NCBI GenBank assembly: GCA_000091205.1
Contig: AP006499.2
From: Cyanidioschyzon merolae
Lineage: Eukaryota
Length of the DNA stretch: 64,000 nucleotides
Strand: one strand, 5' to 3'
Below the pieces are notes generated by a model. It searched no databases and was not told the origin of the DNA. It was given only the letters and a program-made list of their open reading frames with translations. This document shows, in pieces, positions 54,028 through 64,000 of the stretch. The position numbers and the translations under genes were made by a program. Every line of letters begins with the position of its first letter. The stretch's first letter is position 1.

Positions 54028-54513
54028 TCATTCTGGACTAGTCATCGTCCGGTCGTCGTCGTCGTCGTCTCCGCCGTCGTCCTCCGACTCGGGCGCATAG
54101 AGTCCTATTCGATAGTCTTTTAGGAGCCACGCCACGTTCACCCACGGGTGCATCTCATCAAACACAGCTGTGCTATCCTTTCCGGCCGCTTCTATGAACA
54201 GGATTTCCGCACCACCAGGGTGGAATCTGAAGTAAGCGGTTATGTCATACACAACTCCGTGGATAGCCGTCCAGGCGTCAGTAGCACTGCCATGTGACTC
54301 CAGTTCTCGTTTACTGACCCGTCGCGAGGACTGTTGGCCCGCAGCTGCAATCGCTGTTGCTCGAGGGTCTCGGGGTCGACTCAACCAGGCCAGAGGCGGT
54401 GGGGCTTTTGCCGGCTGTCGAGCAAATATTCTGGTCTTGTTGCTCCCCATCTGCGTCGCAGTAGACGCGATAGGAAGCATCCAGACCTTGCTGGCTCCTG
54501 CACGCCTGAACAA
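54028..54513 (-). CDS. Cytochrome b5-like heme-binding domain protein with an acidic C-terminal tail.
   Basis: KRELESHGSATDAWTAIHGVVYDITAYFRFHPGGAEILFIEAAGKDSTAVFDEMHPW contains the HPGG heme-ligand motif and the flanking His typical of cytochrome b5 domains. Confidence 0.8.
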   Translation of the reverse strand: MFRRAGASKVWMLPIASTATQMGSNKTRIFARQPAKAPPPLAWLSRPRDPRATAIAAAGQQSSRRVSKRELESHGSATDAWTAIHGVVYDITAYFRFHPGGAEILFIEAAGKDSTAVFDEMHPWVNVAWLLKDYRIGLYAPESEDDGGDDDDDDRTMTSPE

Positions 54514-54744
54514 TCAACGAAAACGGTGCGTTGTGAACGGTGCGGCGGCGTTGGTGCTGGGCGATCCCAGGATCCTACCTGCCACGATGGCCCCTGTTCC
54601 GAAGAGCCAACCCCGGTACTCGTATCCGATGAGCATGGAGTTATGAAGGACATGCTATGTTTCCGCCTTTTGAAGTTTTGTGGATTTGGTTTTGACGAAC
54701 AATCTCGGTATTCGTCGTATGGCAAGAACGGCACAGGGATTCAT

Positions 54745-55990
54745 ACGTAATTTTCGGAGTCAAAGTCGTCGTTTCGGAGTGGCTACTCGGAGTTTTTGCT
54801 ATCGAAATCTTTCACATCTCTGTGATGATCATGACTCATGACGTCTTCAAGCAAGCGTTCGTAACACAACCGATGTCAATATCGGGTTCATACACACAAG
54901 CGCCCAGTCTTCACTATTCCTTGCGTGCGGCGTGCTCAAACCACGCAATCTTCAAGTTTACAACGCTCGTGTTTCCGGGAGACGCATCGCCGGGGCGATT
55001 CGCGACCTTGGATTAAGGCCAAACAAAACCCGACTTTATCTCTTGGGGACTTGTTCACTCGTTCATGCCGAAAGCTCACGGAGCTTGTCACGTCGAATAA
55101 CTAATCCTGTCCGAGAGACGAATGCTCTTCTCTCTGGGGCCATCGACGAAACAGCATTGAACGGCAGGATGATATCTCTCGCAGGGGATTTGCTCCCAGT
55201 GACTCCTGTTCCTTCTTTCCGCATCGCATAGTGTTTTGGACTCGGGCTTTTGTTATCGCAGCGATCGCTGCCGGTGCCGCGTGCGTCATTGCATTGCGCA
55301 ACGCGCGCGTAGACGAGTCGAAAGTTCTCAGCTGGATCACCAGCGTGGATTTTCCCTCCCGTCCTTGTTCCATCATGGACAACATCGCTTTCCACGTGCC
55401 TTTGTTCGAATAGAACAGTCTGCGATTGCACTCTCGGAAGAGAGAGGACTCGCCCAGGGAATCGCCCAGAACAGGCTTGTTATCGTAGGGTACTGTACCG
55501 ACACAGTCGGCTTCCAGGGGCATGTACCGAGCGATGAAGCAAGTGCTCGTGCGTAGTAGGGCGGTCCTCTGACCAGGAGATGCTGTGATTGTATGACAGC
55601 GCCTGATTACAGTCTAGTGTCCAGGCTGCAAATGGCCCAGCGATGCTGTCCACGAAGAACATGAAACGGTAAGCATAACCAAGACTGCAAAATTCGCATG
55701 CGCATGAAAAAAAAAAGTCTCGATCACATGCGGAAACGCCCAAGTCGAGACTTGAATACTGCCATCAACATCCTTCGACTGCTGACAACGAAGCTGGAGA
55801 GAAAGAGAGACTTAAACCCGGAGATGCGCGAGAGGAAACGCGAGCAATCGCAGATACAACCTACCAAGGCCGGTGTTGATGGGAATCAGGAGCGACCCAA
55901 ACAATAGCATGGACTCCCGAATGAGAGAACTGGGACCCATTCCAGATTCATCCGATTTCGATGGACTATCAGCAGAGATGGAATATACAG
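54745..55990 (-). repeat. Full-length copy (Y) of the dispersed repeat family; block F is degenerate or absent.
   Basis: Block D TTCACTCGTTCATGCCGAAAGCTCACGG is at 55053-55085. Block C TTGGACTCGGGCTTTTGTTATCGCAGCGATCG is at 55237-55275. Block B TTCCATCATGGACAACATCGC is at 55368-55388. Block A TTCGACTGCTGACAACGAAGCTGGAG is at 55774-55798. The extended region is alignable to X and Z. Confidence 0.8.
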
Positions 55991-56176
55991 GTCTAGCCAG
56001 AATCGAAGACGGCACGACGCGTTTACCGGGAAACAGGGCTCTCCGCCTCCGCTAGGCGCTGAGCTCTCATTTCGGCCTCTGTGTTGCGGAGCGCATTTCC
56101 CGTCTGGCAGTTGGAGCTCCCGCGCTGCCTCCGTTTTGAGGCATCCCTCGCTCAGAACATGGCGTCACAAGTGCGC

Positions 56177-58159
56177 TCAACGATGTATGTACAGCAGGCA
56201 GTGTCCAAATGGAAGTCTTCGAGTCGAGACCGGTAACAGGTATGCGGCCTTTGCAGCTGTGTTTCCCGATTGATCGGATTCTCTCGCGATCAAGCGGGGT
56301 ATCGGGAAACAACCCTCGCGAAGAGGAAAGTACCAGAAACGAATTGAGCACGCGGATGCTGAGTAGAGGGATACTAGGTGACGAGTACAGTTTCCAATAG
56401 GTAGGAGTGTCCCAGGCAACGTTTCGGCTTCCAGGTGCAGGACTCCGCACGGGGACTCGGTGCCTACCGCGGAAAACTCCGTTTGCAACGTCTTCGAACC
56501 AGATTTGTGTGGAACAGACCAGTTGACCTCGATGGTGTAACAGATTTCGAATGGAGTTTCAAGTCGTATCCGCGCTGCTGGACGACAAAACTGCAGGACA
56601 ATGCGATAAGGCGACGACGTTCCCGTTCCTTCCGGTATCTCCGGTAATGGCGAAAAATAAATCTGTTGCGGTAACCAGCGCGTCGAGAGAGCCACCCAGG
56701 TGCGTTCTCCGAGAACGCCTCGCGTGGTACGCCACTGAATGCTTACACTACCCGGGTGAAACGGTGTATCCAGGCTAGGTGCGCTGTTGGCGCTTTTCGA
56801 GGAAGCAGGGCGACGATGGAGCATAAACACAAACCGTGCTCGATCGCCTGGTGAAAGCAGTGGTGCCTTTGTACGGAAGCGAAGCGGCATGAGTTTCCAG
56901 CTCGACGTTGATGCTGTTGCACCCGATGCAGGGGATGGTCCTGCGGAAAATGGGGCTTTCTCCTGGGTCTCCATGGGACTGGCAATATAAGGAACGGTTT
57001 CCGGCGGCTCAAGCGGCTTCTCACTACCCTGAAACGTTGGGGCGTCTGGGCGGCATTGTCCAGCAAGCAAGTACAGCGGCTCGTGGCTTGTGTTCTGGAT
57101 GTTCACGAGCCAGAGAAATGTCTGCCTTCCGCGCTCAGATCTTTTGTCGAGGGTCGTCGATCCCCAGGCGAGCGCATACCCCTCTAACTGCCAGGCATCA
57201 CTGACCTGGAAGCGAAAAGTCTGTTGAAACGAGGTCATTGGCGTTGCTGTCGGTGAGATTGGTGTTGCGTTCTTCGCAAAAGCGCTGCCGGGACTCGCGC
57301 GATGCGTACTCAACTGCAAACCCGCGCTCGGCTGCGCCAAAAGCAGTTGACAGCTCACAAAGTGCTCCCCCGGTGTTTCGAACGGGAGACGAAGCGACCA
57401 AGCTCGGCATCGTTCTGGTGGAAGCGCGGTCTCGTCGAGTCGCTCGAGAAGGAGCATCGTCTCGGATGCATCCCTCATTTCAACTCGGACACGAAAACGC
57501 TCGAGCGCGTAGGGCAAGCCATGGGCCAATTCTAGACGGAGATTCGCGGTCTCCCCGGCATGCCATTCCATCGGTGATGCATCCTGCAAACAGAACATTC
57601 GGTTGAAAGAGGTCATCCCTATACGCGAATGTGTCGCTTCCGCATGCTCCCGTCCAGTAACGATTTCGCATACGCTGCCTACGAGAGGTCGAAACGTAGT
57701 GCATTTCTTGACCATTTCTGTTAGCTCCGATCCCAGCGCATTCTTCGAGACTCTCGTCGGATGCGTCATGCTCGGATGCAGGCATAACTGCAGCGGAAAG
57801 AGCCGAAATACGATGGAACATTGTCCCGCGTCAGTAGAAACGCCTTCAGATGCCTCAGGTCCGCCAACGGTGTCGTCTTGCGATGTGAGGGGAAAAGCGA
57901 GATCGGCAACCGCCTGTTCTCTGCTCGCCATGCTGACGTCACCAGCAGGCGCATTCCAAGGAGCATCCTTCGCACCATCGATGGACATCCCGGGTGCGAC
58001 ACCTCCTGCAGTTCCTGCTGGATCAGACGCTGCCCCTATTGGAACACGCTCGGGATCAGTATCCGTTCCGGAGCCGAGCAACATACCAGGGGCTAAGCGA
58101 GGAGAGATGCGCTCGTTGGATTTCGTTTGTCTGACGACATCGCTTCGCTTCATGAGCAA
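56177..58159 (-). CDS. Hypothetical 660-aa protein with possible weak similarity to TRAPPC13 (DUF974).
   Basis: Long ORF with balanced composition. The segment TSFQQTFRFQVSDAWQLEGYALAW resembles TRAPPC13 [23 protein letters not shown]. There is no other recognisable motif, so confidence in the family is low. Confidence 0.35.
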   Translation of the reverse strand: MLMKRSDVVRQTKSNERISPRLAPGMLLGSGTDTDPERVPIGAASDPAGTAGGVAPGMSIDGAKDAPWNAPAGDVSMASREQAVADLAFPLTSQDDTVGGPEASEGVSTDAGQCSIVFRLFPLQLCLHPSMTHPTRVSKNALGSELTEMVKKCTTFRPLVGSVCEIVTGREHAEATHSRIGMTSFNRMFCLQDASPMEWHAGETANLRLELAHGLPYALERFRVRVEMRDASETMLLLERLDETALPPERCRAWSLRLPFETPGEHFVSCQLLLAQPSAGLQLSTHRASPGSAFAKNATPISPTATPMTSFQQTFRFQVSDAWQLEGYALAWGSTTLDKRSERGRQTFLWLVNIQNTSHEPLYLLAGQCRPDAPTFQGSEKPLEPPETVPYIASPMETQEKAPFSAGPSPASGATASTSSWKLMPLRFRTKAPLLSPGDRARFVFMLHRRPASSKSANSAPSLDTPFHPGSVSIQWRTTRGVLGERTWVALSTRWLPQQIYFSPLPEIPEGTGTSSPYRIVLQFCRPAARIRLETPFEICYTIEVNWSVPHKSGSKTLQTEFSAVGTESPCGVLHLEAETLPGTLLPIGNCTRHLVSLYSASACSIRFWYFPLREGCFPIPRLIARESDQSGNTAAKAAYLLPVSTRRLPFGHCLLYIHR

Positions 58160-58799
58160 ACTCGGAAACGAACTTCAGTTTGATTGATATCCTCAGTTCT
58201 GTCAGCCGCTCTACGTTCTGATGTCGAGCGATACAGGAGGTTAGGTTCTTCGCTGTATGGGTCCAACTTGCGAGGGCCGGGGTGAACCCCAACGGTCTGT
58301 CAGCTGCTCGGTGTTTTGTTCTCGAGTGATGCTGCGCTTGATGTCACTCGCTAGACGAGTACAAAGTCCGAGCTGGTCGTGCAGTGGGCAGAAAACGCCA
58401 AGCACTGCTTCTGACGCCACAGTCGACTGGTAAAAGTTCACCCTAGACGGCGTTTACCAGCATCTGTGACCAGTTCACGAGTATAGACTAGGTTGAGTAT
58501 AAATTAAAATCACAGAGAAATAGCTGTTTGTACTGAACTTGAACGTAGCAGACCCGCTGCTGGCAACAAACGAACGAAATAGCGACCGTTCGACCACAGG
58601 CGGCTTCGAAAGAAAGGCGTCGGCCTCACAAAAGAAAACGTAAAGTGAGCGCGCTCCTGGTAGCTATGTTGATCACTGCGAGTTCACGAGATGGAAGCGC
58701 TCGATATAACTACAACGTTGAAACACAGACGCGGAGATACACACCAACCCCGAAGTCGTTCAAACGGTGTTTCACTGTTGTGCGCTGCAGCGCATATTC

Positions 58800-60230
58800 C
58801 GAAACCCGTCTGCGACTGGAATGGAGCAGGCCCGATGAGCGAACACGGGCTTACACGCGATACCCATGTCAGCATAAAATGGAACAGGTCTACTTACCTA
58901 GCAGGAGCGTACACCCCAAAGTTTTCGTCTCATTCCATCGCCATGGACGTCGGCCTTTACGGGATGTTTCTGCGACTGTTTCCCTTCTCTCTCTCTCTGT
59001 ATATTCTCTGGCTCGCCATACGCCGGTTTCCCCTGTTCCTCCAGCTGCGTTGTCAGCAGTCTCAGAATGCTGTCGCCGGTGTTCAAGTCCCGAATTCATC
59101 GCTTCCGGCTGTTTCAGACAGAATTCGCGCAAAGACAGTAGTTGCGTTCTACGCCTCGGTTGCCGTTTGCACGACTTGCTTCGTGTAGATCCTCGTTGCG
59201 CCCTTCACAGTACTGACACGTGACCATGGTCGGGTATGCCCGTACGTCCTGGGCACCTGCTTCCCCGAGTGCTGCCTGCCACATGCACTGGACGCTCACC
59301 TCAGGGGACGACCCCATTTCCGTGCCCAGTGCCGTACGCGATGAACACGGTCTTCCGCGAGGCGATACACTCGGCGAGCATGCTGACTGCTGTGCGCGCT
59401 CAAACACACACACACACACACACACAGAGACACACATACAGACACAGACACATACTGACACACAGATACACAGACTCACACACGTCCACGCTGCTTCATT
59501 CGAGAGCGGATTTTTCTGGGACCCGATGTTGCTCATCGTGAGACAGGGACCGGAAGGAGCACTCACGCTGGAGAACAAGTCGCGAAATCTCGACCCGTCA
59601 TCGCTGCATTCGTGTCCAGCGTCCGTCACCGCGCTGCACACACGAAGCAAGCACTGCGATGACTCAAGCCCGAGCTCGGGAAGATTCTGTACTTGAAAGC
59701 AAGCTCTCGTAGCGTACTCCACAAAACGTATCACGCTGGTGCCGATTCCCGTTTCTTCGCTAGAGAGAGACAGCGCGGGATTCACCTCCTGAAGCACATC
59801 CATCCTCTTGTCGTGACTGGCTCAGTGAGCCTTCAGCATGAGCCCGTGAACGAAACCTCAAGCGTCGGTGTCGACGGTGCCCGGTCGACAATCCAACAGT
59901 GCGAGTCGCTGCGCTCATGGCTGGCATAGGGAGAAAAAAAGATTCGAAAACTTGAAGAATCCGTAATGTAAGCATGTCGATCGTAAGGCAAGCGGGAGAA
60001 CGGATGCTTGTTGATACGGGTCGGTCAAAGATACCGGTTACTTGTCGAACAACTGTTCAATAGCTTCGCGAATCGTCTTGATTCCATTTCCGTAAAAACC
60101 TTAAGCGGGACAGCGTGGAAGAGGCCACGCCCAACTGACGACCCAGCATCCTAAAACTACGCATGAATCCACACACCTTGATTGCAGCACTTTGAATATC
60201 CATGCGATGCACGAAAAAAAACACGAGTCC
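58800..60230 (+). repeat. Full-length copy (Z) of the dispersed repeat family, containing an internal (CA)n / (ACACAG)-like microsatellite at about 59400-59470.
   Basis: Block A reverse complement CTCCAGCTGCGTTGTCAGCAGTCTCAG is at 59039-59065. Block B reverse complement GATGTTGCTCATCGTGA is at 59525-59541. Block C reverse complement GCGATGACTCAAGCCCGAGCTCGGGAAGATTCTG is at 59656-59690. Block D reverse complement CTTCAGCATGAGCCCGTGAA is at 59831-59852. Block E CGCGAATCGTCTTGAT is at 60068-60083. Block F ATTGCAGCACTTTGAATATC is at 60181-60200, followed by an A8 run. Confidence 0.8.
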
Positions 60231-60428
60231 GGAAAGATATCGAAAGACCTGAACAGAGCGACAAGTTCTGTTCGCCGTCTTCATCGGGCTGGGTCATGGA
60301 AGGACACCGCGACCGCCGCTGCGACAACTTTCCTCCGCAGCGTTCGCCACTGGCAACACCTCTAACGTCGACTGTAACACTCGACGGGAAGGGACCGACG
60401 ACCCGGTGCGACCAAAGTCCAGATCATT

Positions 60429-63400
60429 ATGGCTACTACAAGGAGAGATACTTTATTGAAAATACAGGCAGAGGTGCAAAACTGGTGGGAACAGGAGCAC
60501 GTCTTCGACGTTGACGCTCCAGAAGACTTTGATGCCGAGGGCGGCTGGTCCAGTCTCGGAGTGGAGCCTCGGCAGAAACCGACGTTCTTCGTCACGTTTC
60601 CTTACATCTACGCAAATGGACCGATCCACCTGGGTCACGCGTTTTCGCTGAGTAAGGCGGAGTTTGCAGTGGCGTATCAACGTATGAAAAGACGCCCGTG
60701 CCTCTTTCCCTTTGGCTTTCACTGTACGGGGATGCCGATCCAAGCGTCGGCGACGAAACTGGCCAGAGAGCTGGAAACCTACGGGTGTCCGCCTCAGTTT
60801 CCCGACACGCCTCAGCGTACAGGTGCAGACGCAGGCCTGGATGCACCTGTCGACGGCTCGGTGGGGCTAAAGTCGAAAGTTTTGGCAAAAACTGGCGGCC
60901 TCCGCTTCCAATACCGTATTCTGCAGGCGGTCGGTGTTCCCGACACGGAAATTCCCTCTTTCACGGATCCGTTCAAGTGGCTCATGTACTGGCCACCGAT
61001 CGGTATGCAGGATGCGAAACAGCTTGGACTGCACGTGGACTGGCGGCGTTCCTTCATCACCACAGAGGCGAACCCGTATTACGACGCGTTCGTGCGGTGG
61101 CATTTCGAAAAACTCCGAGCACAAGGTCGTATCAAGTTCGGAAAACGCTACACCATCTATTCCCCGCTAGACAGGCAGGCCTGTGCGGATCATGATCGAG
61201 CTAGTGGCGAGGGTGTCCAACCACAGGAATACGTGCTGATAAAAATGCAGGTACTGGAGCCGTTTCCGGCTGTGTTGGAACCGCTCGCTGGGCGACGAGT
61301 CTACCTGGCTGCCGCTACATTGCGTCCAGAGACTATGTACGGTCAGACGAATTGTTGGATAGCGCCCGACGGAAGCTACGGTGCCTACGAGGTCAACGCA
61401 GATGGCGATGTGTTTATTGTCACAGAGCGAGCAGCGCGGAACCTCGCCTTTCAGTATTGGTCACCAGTCTACGGGGAGACACGCTGCCTATTGGGGCCCT
61501 TCCCAGGCGCGGCGTTGCTGGGTGCCGCAGTGCGCGCCCCGCTTAGCAGCTACGAGCACGTCTATGTGCTACCGATGCTAAGCATCACATCGGACAAGGG
61601 TACTGGAGTCGTTACCAGCGTACCGAGCGATTCACCCGACGATTACCGTGCGCTGCAGGACCTGAAAGAGAAGCCTGCTCTGCGTCGCAAGTACGGTCTC
61701 CGGGATGAGTGGGTGTTGCCCTTTGAACCGGTGCCCATCATTCAAGTGCCCGAGATGGGATCGCTCTCTGCTCAGGCAGCCTGTGAACGGTATCGGGTGC
61801 ACTCCCAGAACGATCGCGATGCGCTCGCCAAAGCCAAGGATGAAGTCTATCTGCGGGGCTTTTATGACGGAGTGCTCTTGGTGGGCCCCCATGCCGGCCA
61901 GCGCGTTCACGTTGCCAAGCCACTGATTCGTCAGCTGCTGCTCGACCAAGGCGATGCGGTGGTCTACTCGGAGCCAGAGCGCCCTGTTGTATCACGCTCC
62001 GGCGATGAGTGTGTGGTCGCGCTCTGCGACCAGTGGTACATCGATTACGGTGAGGAGCAGTGGAAGCAGCTCGCCAGAACGTGTCTAGAGGCCATGGAGA
62101 CGTACCACCCGGAAACGAAACGCAGTTTCGAAGCAGTCCTTGAGTGGCTTCGCGAATGGGCGTGCTCTCGTTCGTTCGGACTGGGAACGCGTCTGCCTTG
62201 GGACCCGCAGTATGTGATCGAATCACTCAGTGATAGCACGATCTATATGGCATACTACACCGTTGCACACATCCTGCATCGGGACTTGAACGGCCAGGTT
62301 CCGGGGGCGGCTGGTCCAGCCAGCCAACTCACTCCGGCTGTCTGGAACTATGTTTTTCTCGGTCAAGGCGATGCAGAATCTCTCCCGATACCCAGCTCTG
62401 TTGCACGAGCGATGCGGCGCGAGTTTCTCTACTGGTACCCGCTGAATCTGCGCGTGAGCGGCAAAGACCTGATCAATAACCATTTGACGTTCTTCATCTA
62501 CAACCATGTGGCTATCTTTCCGCCCGACAAGTGGCCTTTGGGAGTGCGCGCAAACGGCCATATTATGATCAACAATGAGAAAATGTCCAAGTCAACGGGC
62601 AACTTTCTCACGCTAGCGGAGGCAGTACGGAATTTCTCCGCAGATGCGGTGCGATTTGCGCTCGCGGATGCCGGCGACGGCGTTGATGACGCCAACTTTC
62701 AAGTGAAGACGGCGGATGAGGCTATTTTGAAACTGACAACTCTTTTAGCGCTCGCCACTGAAGCGCAGGCTCTGCTCAAGAATGGGCAGATGCGTTCAGG
62801 TCAGCCGCTTCAGTTCTGGGATCGCGTTATGGAGGCGGAAGTGGATGCACTGGTGGCAGCCGCAGCGCACGCGTACGAACGACTCGAGTTTCGAGACGCC
62901 CTCAAGTTCGCGTTCTATGAATTGCAGGATGCACTGGGGATTTGGCGGGTCGCTGTTGGCGGGGATACCGACCTCACAAAACTGCATCATGAGGTATGGC
63001 GTCACTATATTCATGCGCAGGTGATTGCGCTCTACCCGATCTGTCCGCATACGTGTACTTGGATATGGAGACGGCTGCTCCACGAAAAGTCGCCAGCCCC
63101 GCCAATGCACTGGCTGGAAACGAGCCCTTTACTGGGGTCACCCGAACGGGTCGCCATTCGAGCTGCCGGTCGCTATCTACAGGCGCTTTTGCATCGAGCC
63201 CGACTCGTGCTGCAGAAACGCCTTGCGCATCGATCGCAACGTGCAGGGGATGCTGCTGCCCCTACTGCTTCTACCAGCACCGATGACAAGGAAGAGCGCG
63301 AGCGCGACCCCAGTGATCAAGTAGGTGCTCGAGCTGTGCGCGTACGACTCGTGGTTCGCACGACACCAACAGCTTGGCAAACTCGCTGCGTCGAACTTGT

Positions 63401-63701
63401 TCAACAGGCGTATGACCCTACGACTCAGTCGTTTGCAGCGGACCTGCCGAAACGCATAGCTTCGGATCCGGTCTTGCGACGGGTTGCCAAACGAGCAATG
63501 GCACTGGCGATGACGTTGCGGGAGCGGAAGGACTTTACGGTGGCGCTTGAGTTTGACGAAAAGGCGGTACTTTTGGAAAATCTCGGCTACCTAGCGCAGC
63601 AGCTGGGCGTGCATGAAGTGGAACTAGATGTCGATGGCCCCGAAGCGGAGCAGCGCGGTGTCATCATGGGCGAACCCGTTATTCTCGTGTTTGATGCATA
63701 A
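60429..63701 (+). CDS. LARS1: Cytosolic leucyl-tRNA synthetase (eukaryotic/archaeal-type class I LeuRS), 1090 aa.
   Basis: The HIGH region is FPYIYANGPIHLGHAFSLSKAEFAVAYQRM, the CP1 editing domain is present, and the KMSKS motif is NNEKMSKSTGNF. The protein is collinear with cytosolic LeuRS and its length equals that of the yeast/human enzymes. Confidence 0.95.
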   Translation: MATTRRDTLLKIQAEVQNWWEQEHVFDVDAPEDFDAEGGWSSLGVEPRQKPTFFVTFPYIYANGPIHLGHAFSLSKAEFAVAYQRMKRRPCLFPFGFHCTGMPIQASATKLARELETYGCPPQFPDTPQRTGADAGLDAPVDGSVGLKSKVLAKTGGLRFQYRILQAVGVPDTEIPSFTDPFKWLMYWPPIGMQDAKQLGLHVDWRRSFITTEANPYYDAFVRWHFEKLRAQGRIKFGKRYTIYSPLDRQACADHDRASGEGVQPQEYVLIKMQVLEPFPAVLEPLAGRRVYLAAATLRPETMYGQTNCWIAPDGSYGAYEVNADGDVFIVTERAARNLAFQYWSPVYGETRCLLGPFPGAALLGAAVRAPLSSYEHVYVLPMLSITSDKGTGVVTSVPSDSPDDYRALQDLKEKPALRRKYGLRDEWVLPFEPVPIIQVPEMGSLSAQAACERYRVHSQNDRDALAKAKDEVYLRGFYDGVLLVGPHAGQRVHVAKPLIRQLLLDQGDAVVYSEPERPVVSRSGDECVVALCDQWYIDYGEEQWKQLARTCLEAMETYHPETKRSFEAVLEWLREWACSRSFGLGTRLPWDPQYVIESLSDSTIYMAYYTVAHILHRDLNGQVPGAAGPASQLTPAVWNYVFLGQGDAESLPIPSSVARAMRREFLYWYPLNLRVSGKDLINNHLTFFIYNHVAIFPPDKWPLGVRANGHIMINNEKMSKSTGNFLTLAEAVRNFSADAVRFALADAGDGVDDANFQVKTADEAILKLTTLLALATEAQALLKNGQMRSGQPLQFWDRVMEAEVDALVAAAAHAYERLEFRDALKFAFYELQDALGIWRVAVGGDTDLTKLHHEVWRHYIHAQVIALYPICPHTCTWIWRRLLHEKSPAPPMHWLETSPLLGSPERVAIRAAGRYLQALLHRARLVLQKRLAHRSQRAGDAAAPTASTSTDDKEERERDPSDQVGARAVRVRLVVRTTPTAWQTRCVELVQQAYDPTTQSFAADLPKRIASDPVLRRVAKRAMALAMTLRERKDFTVALEFDEKAVLLENLGYLAQQLGVHEVELDVDGPEAEQRGVIMGEPVILVFDA

Positions 63702-64000
63702 AGTGCCTCTGACACAATACGAGGTCGCATGTGGGCGACAATTAGACCTGCGCACGGTGCTGCTGCGAGCACTGTTATCCTAGACAGCGCAGGTGGCGCT
63801 TTCGGATATTGCCAGGAGGAGACTTTTTGTTCGTGTTTAGTTTGCAATCTGAAAGCGGTACACCAGTTCGGTGTTAGAAGCGGAAAACCCTCGCACGGAC
63901 TGCTACGGATCTGTGCTGACTGGGAATCACTCGAGCGTTGTTGTTGCTCCAGAGGCGGCCTCGCTGAACCAGAACATGTGCCAGTTCAGTTTAGCAGACG

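Noticed and set aside
56551-57066. Small ORFs overlapping the 660-aa minus-strand gene, and several 60-120-aa ORFs in the intergenic regions 2530-5100 and 21900-22500.
   Set aside because: They have no motif support and are short relative to the background ORF length expected at about 60% GC.
1-64000. Possibility that the window is from a trypanosomatid (high GC, intronless) or from a prokaryote.
   Set aside because: Gene strand alternates every one or two genes, which rules out a polycistronic unit. The proteins are typically eukaryotic (V-ATPase c, XRN2, eIF4B, ALG8, cytosolic LeuRS of 1090 aa). There are no Shine-Dalgarno sequences or operon structure, and microsatellites are abundant.

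Overview
GC-rich (~58-60%) nuclear DNA from an intron-poor eukaryote. Gene strand alternates, so this is not a polycistronic (trypanosomatid-like) layout. About 20 protein genes can be read as single long ORFs. Confident calls are cytosolic leucyl-tRNA synthetase, an XRN2/Rat1-type 5'-3' exoribonuclease, organellar PNPase, a DHX37/Dhr1-like DEAH helicase with large insertions, an ALG8-type glucosyltransferase, the V-ATPase 16-kDa proteolipid, an ADPRM-like metallophosphoesterase, a RUS/DUF647 protein, an ApaG-domain protein, a cytochrome b5-domain protein, a HAT/TPR-repeat protein and COX16. Weaker calls are uS10, eIF4B-like, DUF3007-like, a twin-Cx9C protein, a Rad9-like clamp and a TRAPPC13-like protein. 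PNPase excludes fungi, which lack it. PNPase, the HAT/TPR (HCF107/Mbb1-like) protein and the DUF3007-like protein with a transit-peptide-like N-terminus point to a plastid-bearing lineage; this is an inference, not a proven placement. The most notable non-genic content is a previously unannotatable dispersed repeat family, about 1.3-1.6 kb per copy, with at least five and probably six diverged copies in both orientations and in intergenic positions. The copies share six short, highly conserved sequence blocks including a near-invariant 20-mer at one end. Other notable content is a 1.7-kb near-perfect palindrome (about 700-bp arms) that appears to carry a decayed TnpB/Fanzor-like reading frame, three independent minisatellites with 84-90-bp units (one in-frame, one abutting a start codon), and many microsatellites. 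No rRNA, tRNA or snRNA gene could be supported by eye.
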